This document shows positions 43,753 through 53,451 of a stretch of 64,000 nt of DNA, in pieces. A model generated the notes under the pieces. It was not told the DNA's origin and did no database searches. It saw nothing but the letters and a program-made list of their open reading frames with translations. The first letter of the stretch is position 1. The number at the start of each line of letters is the position of its first letter. Origin of the DNA: Syntrophaceae bacterium UBA6112 (GTDB lineage: Bacteria; Desulfobacterota; Syntrophia; Syntrophales; UBA5619); contig DIWG01000018.1 of NCBI GenBank assembly GCA_002423465.1, positions 12,323 to 76,322 on the forward strand. The letters are read 5' to 3'. A program made the translations under genes and the position numbers.

Positions 43753-43865
43753 GTGTGAAGCTCCCCGCACGCGGGGCGGAGTTTCCGTCAAGGAAGCGGC
43801 CTGTTTTTGGATTGCACCCCTGATCCTCGACTGCAAGGCGGGACTTGCAGGTTGCGCTCCCGGTC
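43753..43865 (+). repeat. Structured intergenic repeat family 2, full copy (~113 nt)
   Basis: It aligns end to end with 60788-60901; by eye roughly three quarters of positions are identical. Shared blocks are gaagctc, tttccg.caaggaa, cctgtttttg, cccctgatc, gcaaggc.gg.ct.gc.ggttgc.ctcccggtc. It contains hairpins such as ctgcaag-gcggga-cttgcag. Confidence 0.7.
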
Positions 43866-44049
43866 AAAGTTCGAGGTTCCTTTTTATACACAAAGATCCG
43901 CGCATGCAAATGATTTTCAACCCCTCGGCCTCCTCTTCCCTCTCCGATCCCGCGGCCAAGGTTGAAAAAGCAATGGAATATGCATGAAAAAAGTGATACG
44001 GTCTCAACCATTATCAATCGATCTTGATTCAACCGTGGAGGACACACCG

Positions 44050-45363
44050 ATGAACACCGTTTTCGGCAAGAGGACCGTCATCCTGCTTGTTTTTCTGACG
44101 CTTCTTATTCTCGGACCCTACGGCGACAGCCGGGTCTCCGCCATCGACCGCAGCACCTACAAGGGTCTCAAGACCTTCAGCGAGGTCCTGGACATGGTGG
44201 ATAAAAACTACGTGGAACCGGTGGAGACGGACAAACTGTTGCGGGGGGCAATCAACGGGATGATCAAATCCCTCGATCCCCACAGCAGTTTCATGACCGC
44301 GGAGATGTACAAGGAGTTGGAGGTGGAAACCCGGGGGAGCTTTGGCGGGATTGGAATCGAGATTACCCTCCGGAAGGACGTGCTGACCGTCGTTTCCCCG
44401 ATCGAGGACACCCCCGCCTACAACGCCGGGATTAAGGCCAACGACCAGATTGTCCGGATCAATGGAAAGTCGACCAAGGACATCACCATCATGGATGCCG
44501 TCAAACAGCTCCGAGGTCCCAAGGATACGAAGGTGACCATCACAATCCTGCGCGAGGGGATGGCCAAACCGAAGGATATCGAGCTCACCCGCAGCATCAT
44601 TCCGATTCGCAGCATCAAGTCGAAGGTTTATGATGACCATCTTGGTTATATCCGAATCTCGGCGTTTCAGGAACGAACGGGCGACGACCTGAAAAAGGCA
44701 CTCCGGGAGATCGAGGCGAAGGCCCGCCCCCTGAAGGGGATCGTTCTCGACATGAGAAACAATCCCGGCGGACTGCTCCACCAGTCCGTGGAGGTGTCGG
44801 ATGCCTTTTTGAAGTCGGGGATCATTGTCTCCACGCGCGGTCGGGCCAAGAACATGGAGAGCAAGACTGCGGCAAAGGATAACGGGGATGAACCGACCTG
44901 CCCGATGGTCGTTCTGGTCAACGAGGGAACGGCCAGCGCTGCGGAAATCGTCTCCGGCGCCCTGCAGGACAACGGGCGGGCCGTGATCATCGGGACCCAG
45001 ACCTTCGGCAAGGGCTCCGTGCAAACCGTCATTCCGCTTGAGGACGGCGCGGCCTTGAAGCTCACCACGGCCAAATACTATACACCCAAGGGTCGGTCCA
45101 TCCAAGCGGAGGGAATCACACCCGACATCGTGGTGAAGCAGATCCGGCCAGCGGATGAAAAAGCGGAAGAAAAGCCGGACGCCGAAAACCACATGCTTCG
45201 CGAGAAGGATCTGAAAGGTCACATCAAGTCGCCCAGGGAGAACGATGCCAAAACGGAGGAAACAAAAAAGGAAATGGACGACCTGGAACGGGACAATCAG
45301 TTGAAAAACGCAATCGATATCCTGAAAAGCTGGGACATTCTGAAAAAGAATTCAAAAGTGTGA
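44050..45363 (+). CDS. ctpA: Carboxy-terminal processing protease (S41 family)
   Basis: PDZ segment GIGIEITLRKDVLTVVSPIEDTPAYNAGIKANDQIV, catalytic LVNEGTASAAEIVSGAL and GTQTFGKGSVQ. GGAGGA RBS precedes the ATG at 44050. Confidence 0.9.
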   Translation: MNTVFGKRTVILLVFLTLLILGPYGDSRVSAIDRSTYKGLKTFSEVLDMVDKNYVEPVETDKLLRGAINGMIKSLDPHSSFMTAEMYKELEVETRGSFGGIGIEITLRKDVLTVVSPIEDTPAYNAGIKANDQIVRINGKSTKDITIMDAVKQLRGPKDTKVTITILREGMAKPKDIELTRSIIPIRSIKSKVYDDHLGYIRISAFQERTGDDLKKALREIEAKARPLKGIVLDMRNNPGGLLHQSVEVSDAFLKSGIIVSTRGRAKNMESKTAAKDNGDEPTCPMVVLVNEGTASAAEIVSGALQDNGRAVIIGTQTFGKGSVQTVIPLEDGAALKLTTAKYYTPKGRSIQAEGITPDIVVKQIRPADEKAEEKPDAENHMLREKDLKGHIKSPRENDAKTEETKKEMDDLERDNQLKNAIDILKSWDILKKNSKV

Positions 45364-45446
45364 GCGACGAACCGGGGACACGAGGCGGCATCATGGAAAC
45401 GGGGACACCTTGCCGCAAGGTGTCCCCAAACGGGTTTTAAAAAAAC

Positions 45447-46352
45447 GTGAAGCGATTTCCATTCTTGGCGGTGATCATCGTTGCCGCCCTCATTGCGGCG
45501 GTCGTCCTTTTCCTGGAAAGGGCGGCGCAGCGTCCGGAGGATTCAGCCGCCCGGAGAGTCATCGGACAGGAAACGCCGGAGAAGGCGGCCGCGAAAAAAA
45601 CGCCGGGACCGGATTCGGGGCCGACGCCGCGGGAGACCGCGTATCCCGACCGGTCGATCGCCATCATCATCGACGACATCGGCTTCGATCTGCGGATCGT
45701 TGAGAAACTGGCGGGCATCCCGGCGCCCATCGCCTTCGCCGTTCTTCCGGATACGCCTCATGCCGTGGAGGCAGCCAACCGTCTGCACGCGGCCGGAAAG
45801 GAGATCCTCCTCCATTTACCGATGGAACCCCTCGTCTACACGAGGGAATCTCTCGGTGCAGGGGCGTTGATGGCCGACATGAACGCGGAGGAAATCCGCA
45901 GGCGGATTCGCGAAGGTCTGGCGGCGGTGCCTTTCGTTTCGGGAGTGAACAACCATATGGGCTCGCGCTTTATGGAGGATGAGACCAGTCTCGCCATCGT
46001 CATGGAGGAGCTGCGGGCAAGGGGTCTTTTTTTCGTGGACAGCATGACCACCTCAGATTCCCGGGGAAGGGAATCGGCCGAACGCACAGGTGTTCGGTTC
46101 GCCGCAAGGGACATCTTTATCGATCATGTCCCGGGCTATGCGGCCGCCCTCGAAAACCTGACCGGCGTATTTCGACAGGGGCAAAGGAACGGTATGCCGG
46201 TTCTGATGATCGGCCATCCCCATCCGGAAACGGTGCGGGCGATTCTGGACGCCCTGCCGGTCTGGCAGACCGAAGGCATCAAGATGATTCCCGTCTCAGC
46301 CTGCCTCGGGAACTCCGTGGAGCGGGAAAGCAGGACCCGTTCGCAAAAATGA
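45447..46352 (+). CDS. Divergent polysaccharide deacetylase (YibQ family)
   Basis: IAIIIDDIGFDL, AFAVLP, HLPMEP and NNHMGSRF. GTG start with an N-terminal TM segment. Confidence 0.8.
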   Translation: MKRFPFLAVIIVAALIAAVVLFLERAAQRPEDSAARRVIGQETPEKAAAKKTPGPDSGPTPRETAYPDRSIAIIIDDIGFDLRIVEKLAGIPAPIAFAVLPDTPHAVEAANRLHAAGKEILLHLPMEPLVYTRESLGAGALMADMNAEEIRRRIREGLAAVPFVSGVNNHMGSRFMEDETSLAIVMEELRARGLFFVDSMTTSDSRGRESAERTGVRFAARDIFIDHVPGYAAALENLTGVFRQGQRNGMPVLMIGHPHPETVRAILDALPVWQTEGIKMIPVSACLGNSVERESRTRSQK

Positions 46353-46390
46353 ACGATACAATGAATGCACTTCCGAAAGGAACGCGATAG

Positions 46391-48103
46391 GTGATCCGGA
46401 TGTTTCTCCGCAAGATGGGTTGGGTTTTTTTCGCAATGCTGCTGCTTTCCGGATGCGCCGTCCTCCCCATCCGGAAAGATGCCGCGCCTTCACCGCCGAT
46501 CGCGGTCTATTCACCCTCCGCCGGCTATCACTACAGCCTCGGAATTCTCCATGCCCTCAATGAAAATCCGGATGAGGCCATTCGGGAGGTGGAGGAGGCG
46601 CTTCGCATCGATCCTCTCTCCCCTTACCTGGCCAAGGAACTTGCATCGCTCTACATGGAAAAGGGGGATACGGAGAGAGCCTTTACGCTTTGCAAGAAGA
46701 CCCTGGAAAAGTATCCGAACGATGGCGACACCCGTCTCCTGCTGGGCGGTCTCTATCTGAGCCGGAAGGACTACGCCGCCGCCGCCGGGGAATACCGGCA
46801 GGTCGTCGATCTGGAGCCGAAAAACGCCGCCGCCCGCTTCTATCTGGGCACAAGCCTCGCCGAAATGAAGCGTTTCGACGAGGCAGAGGCCGCGTTTCGG
46901 GGACTCCTCGAGATCGATCCCGACCACTTCATGGGGAACTACTACCGGGCACGGTTGCTGGCCGAGATGAAACGATATGACGAGGCGGAGGCCGGATTCA
47001 AAAAAACCCTGGCGTTCCGGCCCCATTTCGAATCGGCCATGATCGACCTCGCAATCCTCTACGAAAGACAGAGGAAGATTTCCCAGGCGGTCGAAGTCTA
47101 CCGAAATTTCCTCGATCTTTTCCCCGCCAGGCTCCCGGCGCGAATCAAGCTGGGAGAATTGTACCTCCGGGAACAACGTTACGACGAGGCGGAAGACGCT
47201 TTCCGGGAGGCCCTGAAGCTGAACGGCAACAACCGAGAGGTACGGATGACCCTCGCCCTCATCTACCTGGAACGGGGCAGGCATGAGAAGGCCGTCGAGA
47301 TGCTGACCGCCCTGATGCGGGAATATCCGACTGAATACCGAATCATGTACCTTCTCGGAACGACTCTTGAGAAGATCCGGGCCGACGAGGCGGCCTTGGA
47401 AACCCTGCGGGGCATACCCGTCTCGTCGGAACATTTCGGCAGCGCCCAGATCCGCATCGGGATGATTCTGAAAAAAATGCGGCGGGTGGCCGAGGCCGTC
47501 GATTCCCTTCGCCGGGCAATCGGGCAGAAAAAGGATGCCCCGGCTCTCTATGCCTTCCTCGCATCCTTCTATGAGGAAGAGAAAAAATACCCCGCCGCGG
47601 AAGAGCTCATCCGGGAAGGGCTGCGGATCAATCCCGAGAGCGTTGATCTCCATTTCAGCCTCGGAGTCCTCTTCGAAAAGACCGACCGATTCGAGGAGAG
47701 CATTCAGGCGATGAAAACGGTTCTGAAGTTCGAGCCGGATCATGCGGAGGCGCTCAATTTCATCGGCTATATGTATGCGGACCGGGGAATCCATCTGGAC
47801 GAGGCGGAGACGCTGATCCGGAAGGCGCTCGAATTAAAACCGGGAAACGGCTACATGATCGACTCGCTGGGCTGGGTCTTCTTCCGGCAGAACCGGATGG
47901 AAGAGGCGATCCGGCATCTGAAGCAGGCGTCGGAGATTCTGCCGGAAGATGCAGCGATCCTCGAGCATCTCGGAGATGTCTATGTCCGATCCGGCCGCCT
48001 CCAGGAAGCCGCTGAAGCCTATGAGAAGGCAATCCGCTTCAATCCCGGAAACGACCTCCTGAAGAAAAAGCGCGACGATCTTCACCGGGCGAAAACCCCC
48101 TGA
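46391..48103 (+). CDS. TPR-repeat lipoprotein
   Basis: Lipobox LLLSGC followed by many 34-residue TPR units (for example AIREVEEALRIDPLSPYL and AAGEYRQVVDLEPKN). Confidence 0.8.
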   Translation: MIRMFLRKMGWVFFAMLLLSGCAVLPIRKDAAPSPPIAVYSPSAGYHYSLGILHALNENPDEAIREVEEALRIDPLSPYLAKELASLYMEKGDTERAFTLCKKTLEKYPNDGDTRLLLGGLYLSRKDYAAAAGEYRQVVDLEPKNAAARFYLGTSLAEMKRFDEAEAAFRGLLEIDPDHFMGNYYRARLLAEMKRYDEAEAGFKKTLAFRPHFESAMIDLAILYERQRKISQAVEVYRNFLDLFPARLPARIKLGELYLREQRYDEAEDAFREALKLNGNNREVRMTLALIYLERGRHEKAVEMLTALMREYPTEYRIMYLLGTTLEKIRADEAALETLRGIPVSSEHFGSAQIRIGMILKKMRRVAEAVDSLRRAIGQKKDAPALYAFLASFYEEEKKYPAAEELIREGLRINPESVDLHFSLGVLFEKTDRFEESIQAMKTVLKFEPDHAEALNFIGYMYADRGIHLDEAETLIRKALELKPGNGYMIDSLGWVFFRQNRMEEAIRHLKQASEILPEDAAILEHLGDVYVRSGRLQEAAEAYEKAIRFNPGNDLLKKKRDDLHRAKTP

Positions 48104-48133
48104 TTCCGTTCTTCTGCGGACCAGGATCTCCTT

Positions 48134-48955
48134 ATGAATGAAGTGATATCAAGCGATCGAAGTCGTCTGCATCGTATGCTGCCGCTGTTCCGGATAGCGG
48201 TCTTCGGTCTCGCCCTCGCCGGCTGCGCCGGACGAACGCCCACCGTCCCCCCGGCATTCTTTGATTCTCCCGAGTCCGCCCTTCGGGCGCTTGCGGAAAC
48301 CACCCCCGAAGCGCAGGCAATCACGGCCACGGCCCGGATCGAGATCCGCCACAACGTCAGCCGCTATCCCCCTTTGAAGGTCGCGCTGATGATGAAAAGA
48401 CCGGCCCTTCTCCGCGTGGAATCGATCCCCCTGATGGGCCCCCCGGATTTCTACCTGTCGGTCGCCGAAGGTGAACTCCGCGTCTTTCTTCCCGGAACGG
48501 GCGCCTTCTACGCCGGTCGTGCAACCCCCGGGAATATCTCGCGCTTCTTTCCCATTGCCATGCCGGCCGCCGACATCGTCTCTCTACTGATGGGCGTTCC
48601 TCCGAATAGCTCCGAAGAGATGCAATCATTGCGTGGAGATCGGGAAGAGGGGCTCTACCGTGTCGATCACTACCAATCGGGAAGGAGGATGCGCTCCCTG
48701 TGGATCGAACCGACGGACGGGAGGCTCGTCCGGTTCAAGAGGTTTACGGAAGAGGGAACGGTTGTTTATACGGCTGATTTCGCGGATCATGTCCGTTTCG
48801 GGGAGGGCTATCTGCCGCAGCAAGTGACGATCCGTGAAGGGGAAACGTCCGTCCTCACTATCCGTCAAACGGACCTCCAACAGACCACCGCCGAGCCGGA
48901 ATCCTTTCCCCTGTCGGTCCCGGCGGGATTGATCCCGATTCTCCTCGATCCATAA
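48134..48955 (+). CDS. Outer-membrane lipoprotein, LolA/LolB-fold-like (DUF4292-like)
   Basis: Lipobox LALAGC. Its size and position after a TPR lipoprotein resemble DUF4292 genes. The family assignment is from memory only. An alternative start lies at 48176. Confidence 0.55.
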   Translation: MNEVISSDRSRLHRMLPLFRIAVFGLALAGCAGRTPTVPPAFFDSPESALRALAETTPEAQAITATARIEIRHNVSRYPPLKVALMMKRPALLRVESIPLMGPPDFYLSVAEGELRVFLPGTGAFYAGRATPGNISRFFPIAMPAADIVSLLMGVPPNSSEEMQSLRGDREEGLYRVDHYQSGRRMRSLWIEPTDGRLVRFKRFTEEGTVVYTADFADHVRFGEGYLPQQVTIREGETSVLTIRQTDLQQTTAEPESFPLSVPAGLIPILLDP

Positions 48956-48973
48956 GAAACGGAATCGACACAA

Positions 48974-49903
48974 TCACTTCATCTCGATAAGCTTCGCCCG
49001 GGCGATCCGGGCCTGACTCGTATTGGGATAATCTTTGATCACCTGCTGCAGAAGGAGCTTGGCGCTTGCGTTATCCCCCAATTTCTGGAAGGAAAGGCCT
49101 TGCTTGAGAATGGCATAGGGGGCCTTGTTCCCCTCTGGAAAGTTCTTGGTCACCTTGTCGTACTCGACAATGGCTTTTTCGTATTTCTTTTCAAAATAGT
49201 AGCACTCGCCGACCCAGAACTGGGCGTTGTCGGAATATTCGGTGTCGGGGTACTGCTTGAGGAAGTTTTCAAAGGCTTCGCGCGACTTCTCGTACTTCGC
49301 CTCCTTGAAAAGTTCATAGGCCGCCGTATAGAGAGATTCTTTATCCGTCTTACCCTTGCCGGAAACCTCTTTCACCGGCCCCGGCGGCGGCTGTTTTCCA
49401 GCCTTCTCGGCCAACGGCACGGCCGGTTCCTCGTTTTTGCCGATCCCCAGAAAATTTTCAATGAAGTTGATCTTAAACGTTAGGTGATCCAGTTTCTCCC
49501 GAAGCGCCTTCTCCTCTTCCTCCCGCTTGCCCGTTCTGGCCGAAGCGGAAGCGAGGTCTTTCCGGAGACTGTCGATCATTCCGCGGATCTGCTGGAGCTG
49601 CCCCCGGACGTCCGTGATCTCGGCCCGACTCTCCGCCAGGCTCCCCCGCAGCGGCTGTATGGAGGCGATGGCGGCCTCCTGGCTCTTTGCGCCCTCGTTG
49701 CGAAGAGCCGCTATCTCTTTTCTGAGCGGCGCCTGCCCTTGCTCCACGGAGACGATTTTCTCGTTGGTCTCCTGGATCTGCCGGTTGATATCGATGCGGA
49801 CGCGGCGCAGATCATCCGTTGTTGCGCACCCCGTGACCGACACGAGCACGATGATAAAAAAGATAGGCAGATATCTTCGCAAGATTCTTTCCTCCGCAAC
49901 CAT
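48974..49903 (-). CDS. ybgF: Tol-Pal system protein YbgF (CpoB)
   Basis: N-terminal coiled coil plus the C-terminal TPR block YTAAYELFKEAKYEKSREAFENFLKQYPDTEYSDNAQFWVGECYY. It is the last gene of the tol-pal operon. Confidence 0.8.
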   Translation of the reverse strand: MVAEERILRRYLPIFFIIVLVSVTGCATTDDLRRVRIDINRQIQETNEKIVSVEQGQAPLRKEIAALRNEGAKSQEAAIASIQPLRGSLAESRAEITDVRGQLQQIRGMIDSLRKDLASASARTGKREEEEKALREKLDHLTFKINFIENFLGIGKNEEPAVPLAEKAGKQPPPGPVKEVSGKGKTDKESLYTAAYELFKEAKYEKSREAFENFLKQYPDTEYSDNAQFWVGECYYFEKKYEKAIVEYDKVTKNFPEGNKAPYAILKQGLSFQKLGDNASAKLLLQQVIKDYPNTSQARIARAKLIEMK

Positions 49904-49957
49904 TTTTATGTTCGGTCGAAAAACGCAAACCAGTGAAATGCCGTGAGAAAATACTAT

Positions 49958-49997
49958 GGTCCTGTGAGTCCCGCTTCAAAGTGGGACTCACAGGACC
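49958..49997 (-). terminator. Perfect 15-bp stem-loop between pal and ybgF
   Basis: ggtcctgtgagtccc-gcttcaaagt-gggactcacaggacc, with no clear U-tract on either strand. It may be a partial terminator or an mRNA-processing/stability element. Confidence 0.45.
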
Positions 49998-50145
49998 ATT
50001 CCTCGCCGCGGGACGGCCGGACAGAAAGCGCCCCATTGGCATGCTCACACCTGCGGTGGCAGGATCTCTCCCGTCGCACCCGCCACTGTGAGCCGTCGGT
50101 GGCCTCTCTTATAGGACCGTTTCCGTTGACCCTTCCAAAACGAAC

Positions 50146-50817
50146 TTACTTTACCGGCGGGAAAATGACGAAATGGGCCCTTCTGTTTTTCGCCCAGGCC
50201 GCTTCGTCATGGCCCTTATCCCGAGGCATCTCCTTGCCGTAGCTGATCGTCTTGATTCTTTCCTTCTCGATGCCCAGATTGGCAAGGTACTTCGCGGCTT
50301 CCGTCGCCCGCTTCTCGCCGAGCGCCAGGTTGTATTCGGCGGTGCCCCGTTCGTCGCAATGTCCCTCGACGACGAGTTTGTAATCCCTGTATTTCAGATA
50401 CGCCGGAGCGCCCTTCTTCAAAATCTCCTGCGCGTCGGGTCTGAGGTTATACTTGTCGAAATCAAAGTAGATGTCGGCAATCTGCAGTTCCTTCAAAATT
50501 GCCGCAGCCTTGGCCTTTGCCTCTTGCTTCGCCTTGTCGGCCGCTTCCCTGGCCGCCTTTTCCGCAGCTTCCCTGGCTGCCTTCTCCCGCAAGGCCTGTT
50601 CGCGCAGGGCCCTCTCCCGGGCCGCCGCGTCATCCTGCGCCCGCGCCTGTGCCGCCGTCACCGACGTCCCCGAGGCCGCCGCTTTCTGCTCCTGGGTCGT
50701 AACCAAGGCCCCGTCTTTCAACGCCGCCTTCTTGGCACAACCGGTCAGGAATGCAACGGACAGACATAAAACAAGGGCGATCAGCCCAACCCACAGCCAA
50801 TTCTTTCTCATCATCAT
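50146..50817 (-). CDS. pal: Peptidoglycan-associated lipoprotein Pal (OmpA-like C-terminal domain)
   Basis: Lipobox FLTGC, an Ala/Glu/Lys-rich linker and the OmpA-like motifs IYFDFDKYNLRPDAQ, GHCDERGTAEYNLALGEKRA. AAGGAG RBS precedes the ATG run at 50817. Confidence 0.9.
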   Translation of the reverse strand: MMMRKNWLWVGLIALVLCLSVAFLTGCAKKAALKDGALVTTQEQKAAASGTSVTAAQARAQDDAAARERALREQALREKAAREAAEKAAREAADKAKQEAKAKAAAILKELQIADIYFDFDKYNLRPDAQEILKKGAPAYLKYRDYKLVVEGHCDERGTAEYNLALGEKRATEAAKYLANLGIEKERIKTISYGKEMPRDKGHDEAAWAKNRRAHFVIFPPVK

Positions 50818-50925
50818 TCTCCTTTCTTGAATCAATAGTCTTTTTGTGACTTGATATAATCCCGAGGGAACATTAACCACTACTGACGATAAAAATCAAC
50901 CGGAAAATGGAGAAATTTATTAAAC

Positions 50926-52239
50926 TCACCGTAGACGGGGAGACCAGACAGGGCTCTGAGAAACGTCGTTGCCCTGATACAGAACCCTCACATTCTGTCC
51001 GCCCGCGTTCATAATCTCAATCCGGCTCCGGCCGCCCACCCGGACGCTGTATACCAGATACCGCCCGTCCGGCGACCATGAGGGGGATTCGTGATCGCCC
51101 CCTTCAAAGGTCAACTGCTGCGGATCTCCCCCCTCGGCATCGATCGTGAAGATTTGAAAGCGACCGTTCACGGACCCCTCATAGGCGATTCTATTTCCCT
51201 TCGGAGACCAAGCGGGAGAAGTGTTGTAATTGCCCTGGTCGGTCAATCGCCTCACAGAGCCGCCATCCGCATCCATGATGTAGATTTGGGGAGAACCGTT
51301 GCGGTTGGAGACAAAGGCAATCCGCTTTTCGTCCGAGGAACGGACGGGGGAAACATCGATGGAAAAATCCCGGGTCAGACGCTGGAGGAGGAGGCTGCCC
51401 ACGTTCATATCGTAGATCTCCTGGTTCCCATCCCGGCTCAGGGTCACCAGCAGCCGGGCGCTGTCCTGGGACCAGGAGCCGGGCAGGTTCAGCCCCGGAT
51501 AGAAAGCGATCTTCCGCGTCGAATTGTTCCTCAAATCCAGGAGATAGATGTCCGGATTGCCGTCCCGGTAGGAGGTAAAGGCCAGAAACCGGCCATCTGG
51601 GGACCAGCGCGGGGCAAGGGTCAGTGCATTGTAATTCGTGATTCGGCGAAGGTCAGATCCGTCGAAGTTGATCGCATAGATGTCCGCAGGCGCGTCACCC
51701 TTCCTGACAAATGCAACCTGCGTGTCGAACAAACCCGCCTCGCCGGTCAGTGACAGAAGGATCTCGTTGACAAACTGCATGACCATCCGGTTGCGGTCCT
51801 CGGGTCTTCCGGTGTATCTCTTTCCGACAAGCAGCTCCCCCCGCACTACATCAAACAGACGAAACTCGGTCACAAGTTCCCGTCCATCCGTGTGAAATCC
51901 CCCTTTGACCAGGTATTCGGCGCCGATCACCGTCCAGTCTTCGAAACGGATTCCCTCCGCCGTGATCCCCGCCTGTGGATCCTCCAGAAAAGCCCTTCGG
52001 TCCAGGACGTTGAAATAGCCCGTAATCGTCAGGTTACGGGAAAGGGTGTCGGAAAACCAGACGGGCAGATCTCCTTTGTCCGCGACAGGTCGGAAGGGTT
52101 TGAAATCGGCAATGGCAATGGGAAACTTTTGAAAAGAGGGGGAACCGATGTCGATGTAAACCTTCCCGTAAACCTGTCCCGCAGAGAGCAGAAGAAAAAG
52201 AAACAGGGTCAAAATGAGGGGTCGCCGCAGATCGTGCAT
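50926..52239 (-). CDS. tolB: Tol-Pal system beta-propeller protein TolB
   Basis: Signal peptide, an N-terminal TolB domain and repeated PxWSPDG-type blades (APRWSPDGRFLAF, SPAWSPKGNRIAY, SPSWSPDGRYLVY). Confidence 0.9.
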   Translation of the reverse strand: MHDLRRPLILTLFLFLLLSAGQVYGKVYIDIGSPSFQKFPIAIADFKPFRPVADKGDLPVWFSDTLSRNLTITGYFNVLDRRAFLEDPQAGITAEGIRFEDWTVIGAEYLVKGGFHTDGRELVTEFRLFDVVRGELLVGKRYTGRPEDRNRMVMQFVNEILLSLTGEAGLFDTQVAFVRKGDAPADIYAINFDGSDLRRITNYNALTLAPRWSPDGRFLAFTSYRDGNPDIYLLDLRNNSTRKIAFYPGLNLPGSWSQDSARLLVTLSRDGNQEIYDMNVGSLLLQRLTRDFSIDVSPVRSSDEKRIAFVSNRNGSPQIYIMDADGGSVRRLTDQGNYNTSPAWSPKGNRIAYEGSVNGRFQIFTIDAEGGDPQQLTFEGGDHESPSWSPDGRYLVYSVRVGGRSRIEIMNAGGQNVRVLYQGNDVSQSPVWSPRLR

Positions 52240-52265
52240 TCGACTTTCCTTTCAAAGCAGTCCGT

Positions 52266-53021
52266 TCAGGACTTCAATTCAGACGAGGGGAACCCGATTC
52301 TCACATCGAGACTGCTTCCGCTGATCCATGCCGGCAGCGGCGGGAAGGGGCTCGCTTTCCGGATCGCCTTCAGGGCGGCATCATCAAAAAAGCGGTTCCC
52401 CGACCGTTTTACAAAGTTCACATCCGTAACCGCCCCGCTGCGAAGGATGGTTGCATCGATAACCGTTTCCAGCATATCTCCCGGCAGTATCCCCTGGGGA
52501 AATGCCCACCCTTTCTTGATCCGGGACCAGATCACCGTATAGTAGACATTGATTTTCGCTTTCATGTCGGCATCCCCGGCGGGAAGTGAAGATGCCGGAC
52601 CGGCCTTTGTCTCCGAGGAGGCTTGCGCTGCCGGTTTCGGGGTCGCAGGGGTCGCAGCGGCCCGCTTCCGGATCTCCTCCATCGCCTTTTCCAGGTTCTG
52701 GTCGTGCTTCCTGCGGCTCTCCAAGCTGCGGATGGGAATGATCGGCTCCGGCTCCAGACGCTTCTTCAGGACCGTCTCGGAGCGGGCGGCGCCCATCAGC
52801 TCCTTCGCTTCGGCCGTCTCACTCTTCCGCTGCAGCACATTTCCGGAAAAGTTCACCAGGGAGACCGTATAGACCGGCCCGAAAGTCAGCTTCGGCGAAG
52901 GAAAGGAGGGGGTAAAGAAGAGGAGGATAAGCACCACGGCATGGAACAGCAGGGAAAGGAGAATCATGCCGTTCAGGCGGCCTCTCCCGTCTCTCTCCCT
53001 TTCAACCCGTTCCAACATCAC
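52266..53021 (-). CDS. tolA: TolA/TonB-like energy transducer
   Basis: N-terminal TM anchor, a Pro/Ala/Lys-rich linker and a TonB_C-like C-terminal domain. Its position is between tolR and tolB. Confidence 0.7.
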   Translation of the reverse strand: MMLERVERERDGRGRLNGMILLSLLFHAVVLILLFFTPSFPSPKLTFGPVYTVSLVNFSGNVLQRKSETAEAKELMGAARSETVLKKRLEPEPIIPIRSLESRRKHDQNLEKAMEEIRKRAAATPATPKPAAQASSETKAGPASSLPAGDADMKAKINVYYTVIWSRIKKGWAFPQGILPGDMLETVIDATILRSGAVTDVNFVKRSGNRFFDDAALKAIRKASPFPPLPAWISGSSLDVRIGFPSSELKS

Positions 53022-53443
53022 CTGCGTTCCTCCGGAGGTTCGGTGATCATCCCCAATTTGTCCACGCCGGCCTTTCTGACCTCGGCCATCACCTCGACCA
53101 CATAACCGTATGGGACGTTCCGGTCCGCCCGCATATAGATCTCGCGATCAATCCGCGATGCGAAGATGTATTTCAGCTTTATGCCGAGTTCGGGAAGCGG
53201 AATCCGGCTCTTGTTGAGAAAGATCTCCCTGGCGCTGTTGATCGTCAGCACCAGCTTTTCTTCCGCGACATCGACGCTTTTTGCCTTGACCCGGGGCAGA
53301 TTGACGTCGATTCCCATCTGGAGCATCGGCGCCGTCACCATGAAGATGATCAGCAAAACCAGCATCACGTCCACAAAAGGGGTGACGTTGATGTCGGACA
53401 TCGGCCGTTTGTCATTTTGGTTCCAACGTCTTGTGTATCTCAT
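53018..53443 (-). CDS. tolR: TolR/ExbD biopolymer transport protein
   Basis: DINVTPFVDVMLVLLIIFMVTAP is the ExbD/TolR signature. 4-nt overlap with tolA. Confidence 0.85.
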   Translation of the reverse strand: MRYTRRWNQNDKRPMSDINVTPFVDVMLVLLIIFMVTAPMLQMGIDVNLPRVKAKSVDVAEEKLVLTINSAREIFLNKSRIPLPELGIKLKYIFASRIDREIYMRADRNVPYGYVVEVMAEVRKAGVDKLGMITEPPEERR

Positions 53444-53451
53444 GGCGTTTT

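Noticed and set aside
43646-44047. 133-aa minus-strand ORF spanning the pspC-ctpA intergenic region
   Set aside because: It is a read-through of repeat family 2. The second copy of the repeat gives a peptide only about 45% identical despite much higher DNA identity, so it is not under coding selection.
44029-45222. 397-aa minus-strand ORF, and the 427-aa minus-strand ORF at 46511-47794
   Set aside because: They are antisense to ctpA and the TPR lipoprotein gene respectively, with no motifs and shadow composition.
50480-50660. Tandem-looking repeated DNA (gccgcttccctggc... units) inside pal
   Set aside because: It encodes the Ala/Glu/Lys/Arg-rich low-complexity linker of Pal (AAREAAEKAAREAADKAKQEAKAKAAA). 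This is coding low complexity rather than a separate repeat element.
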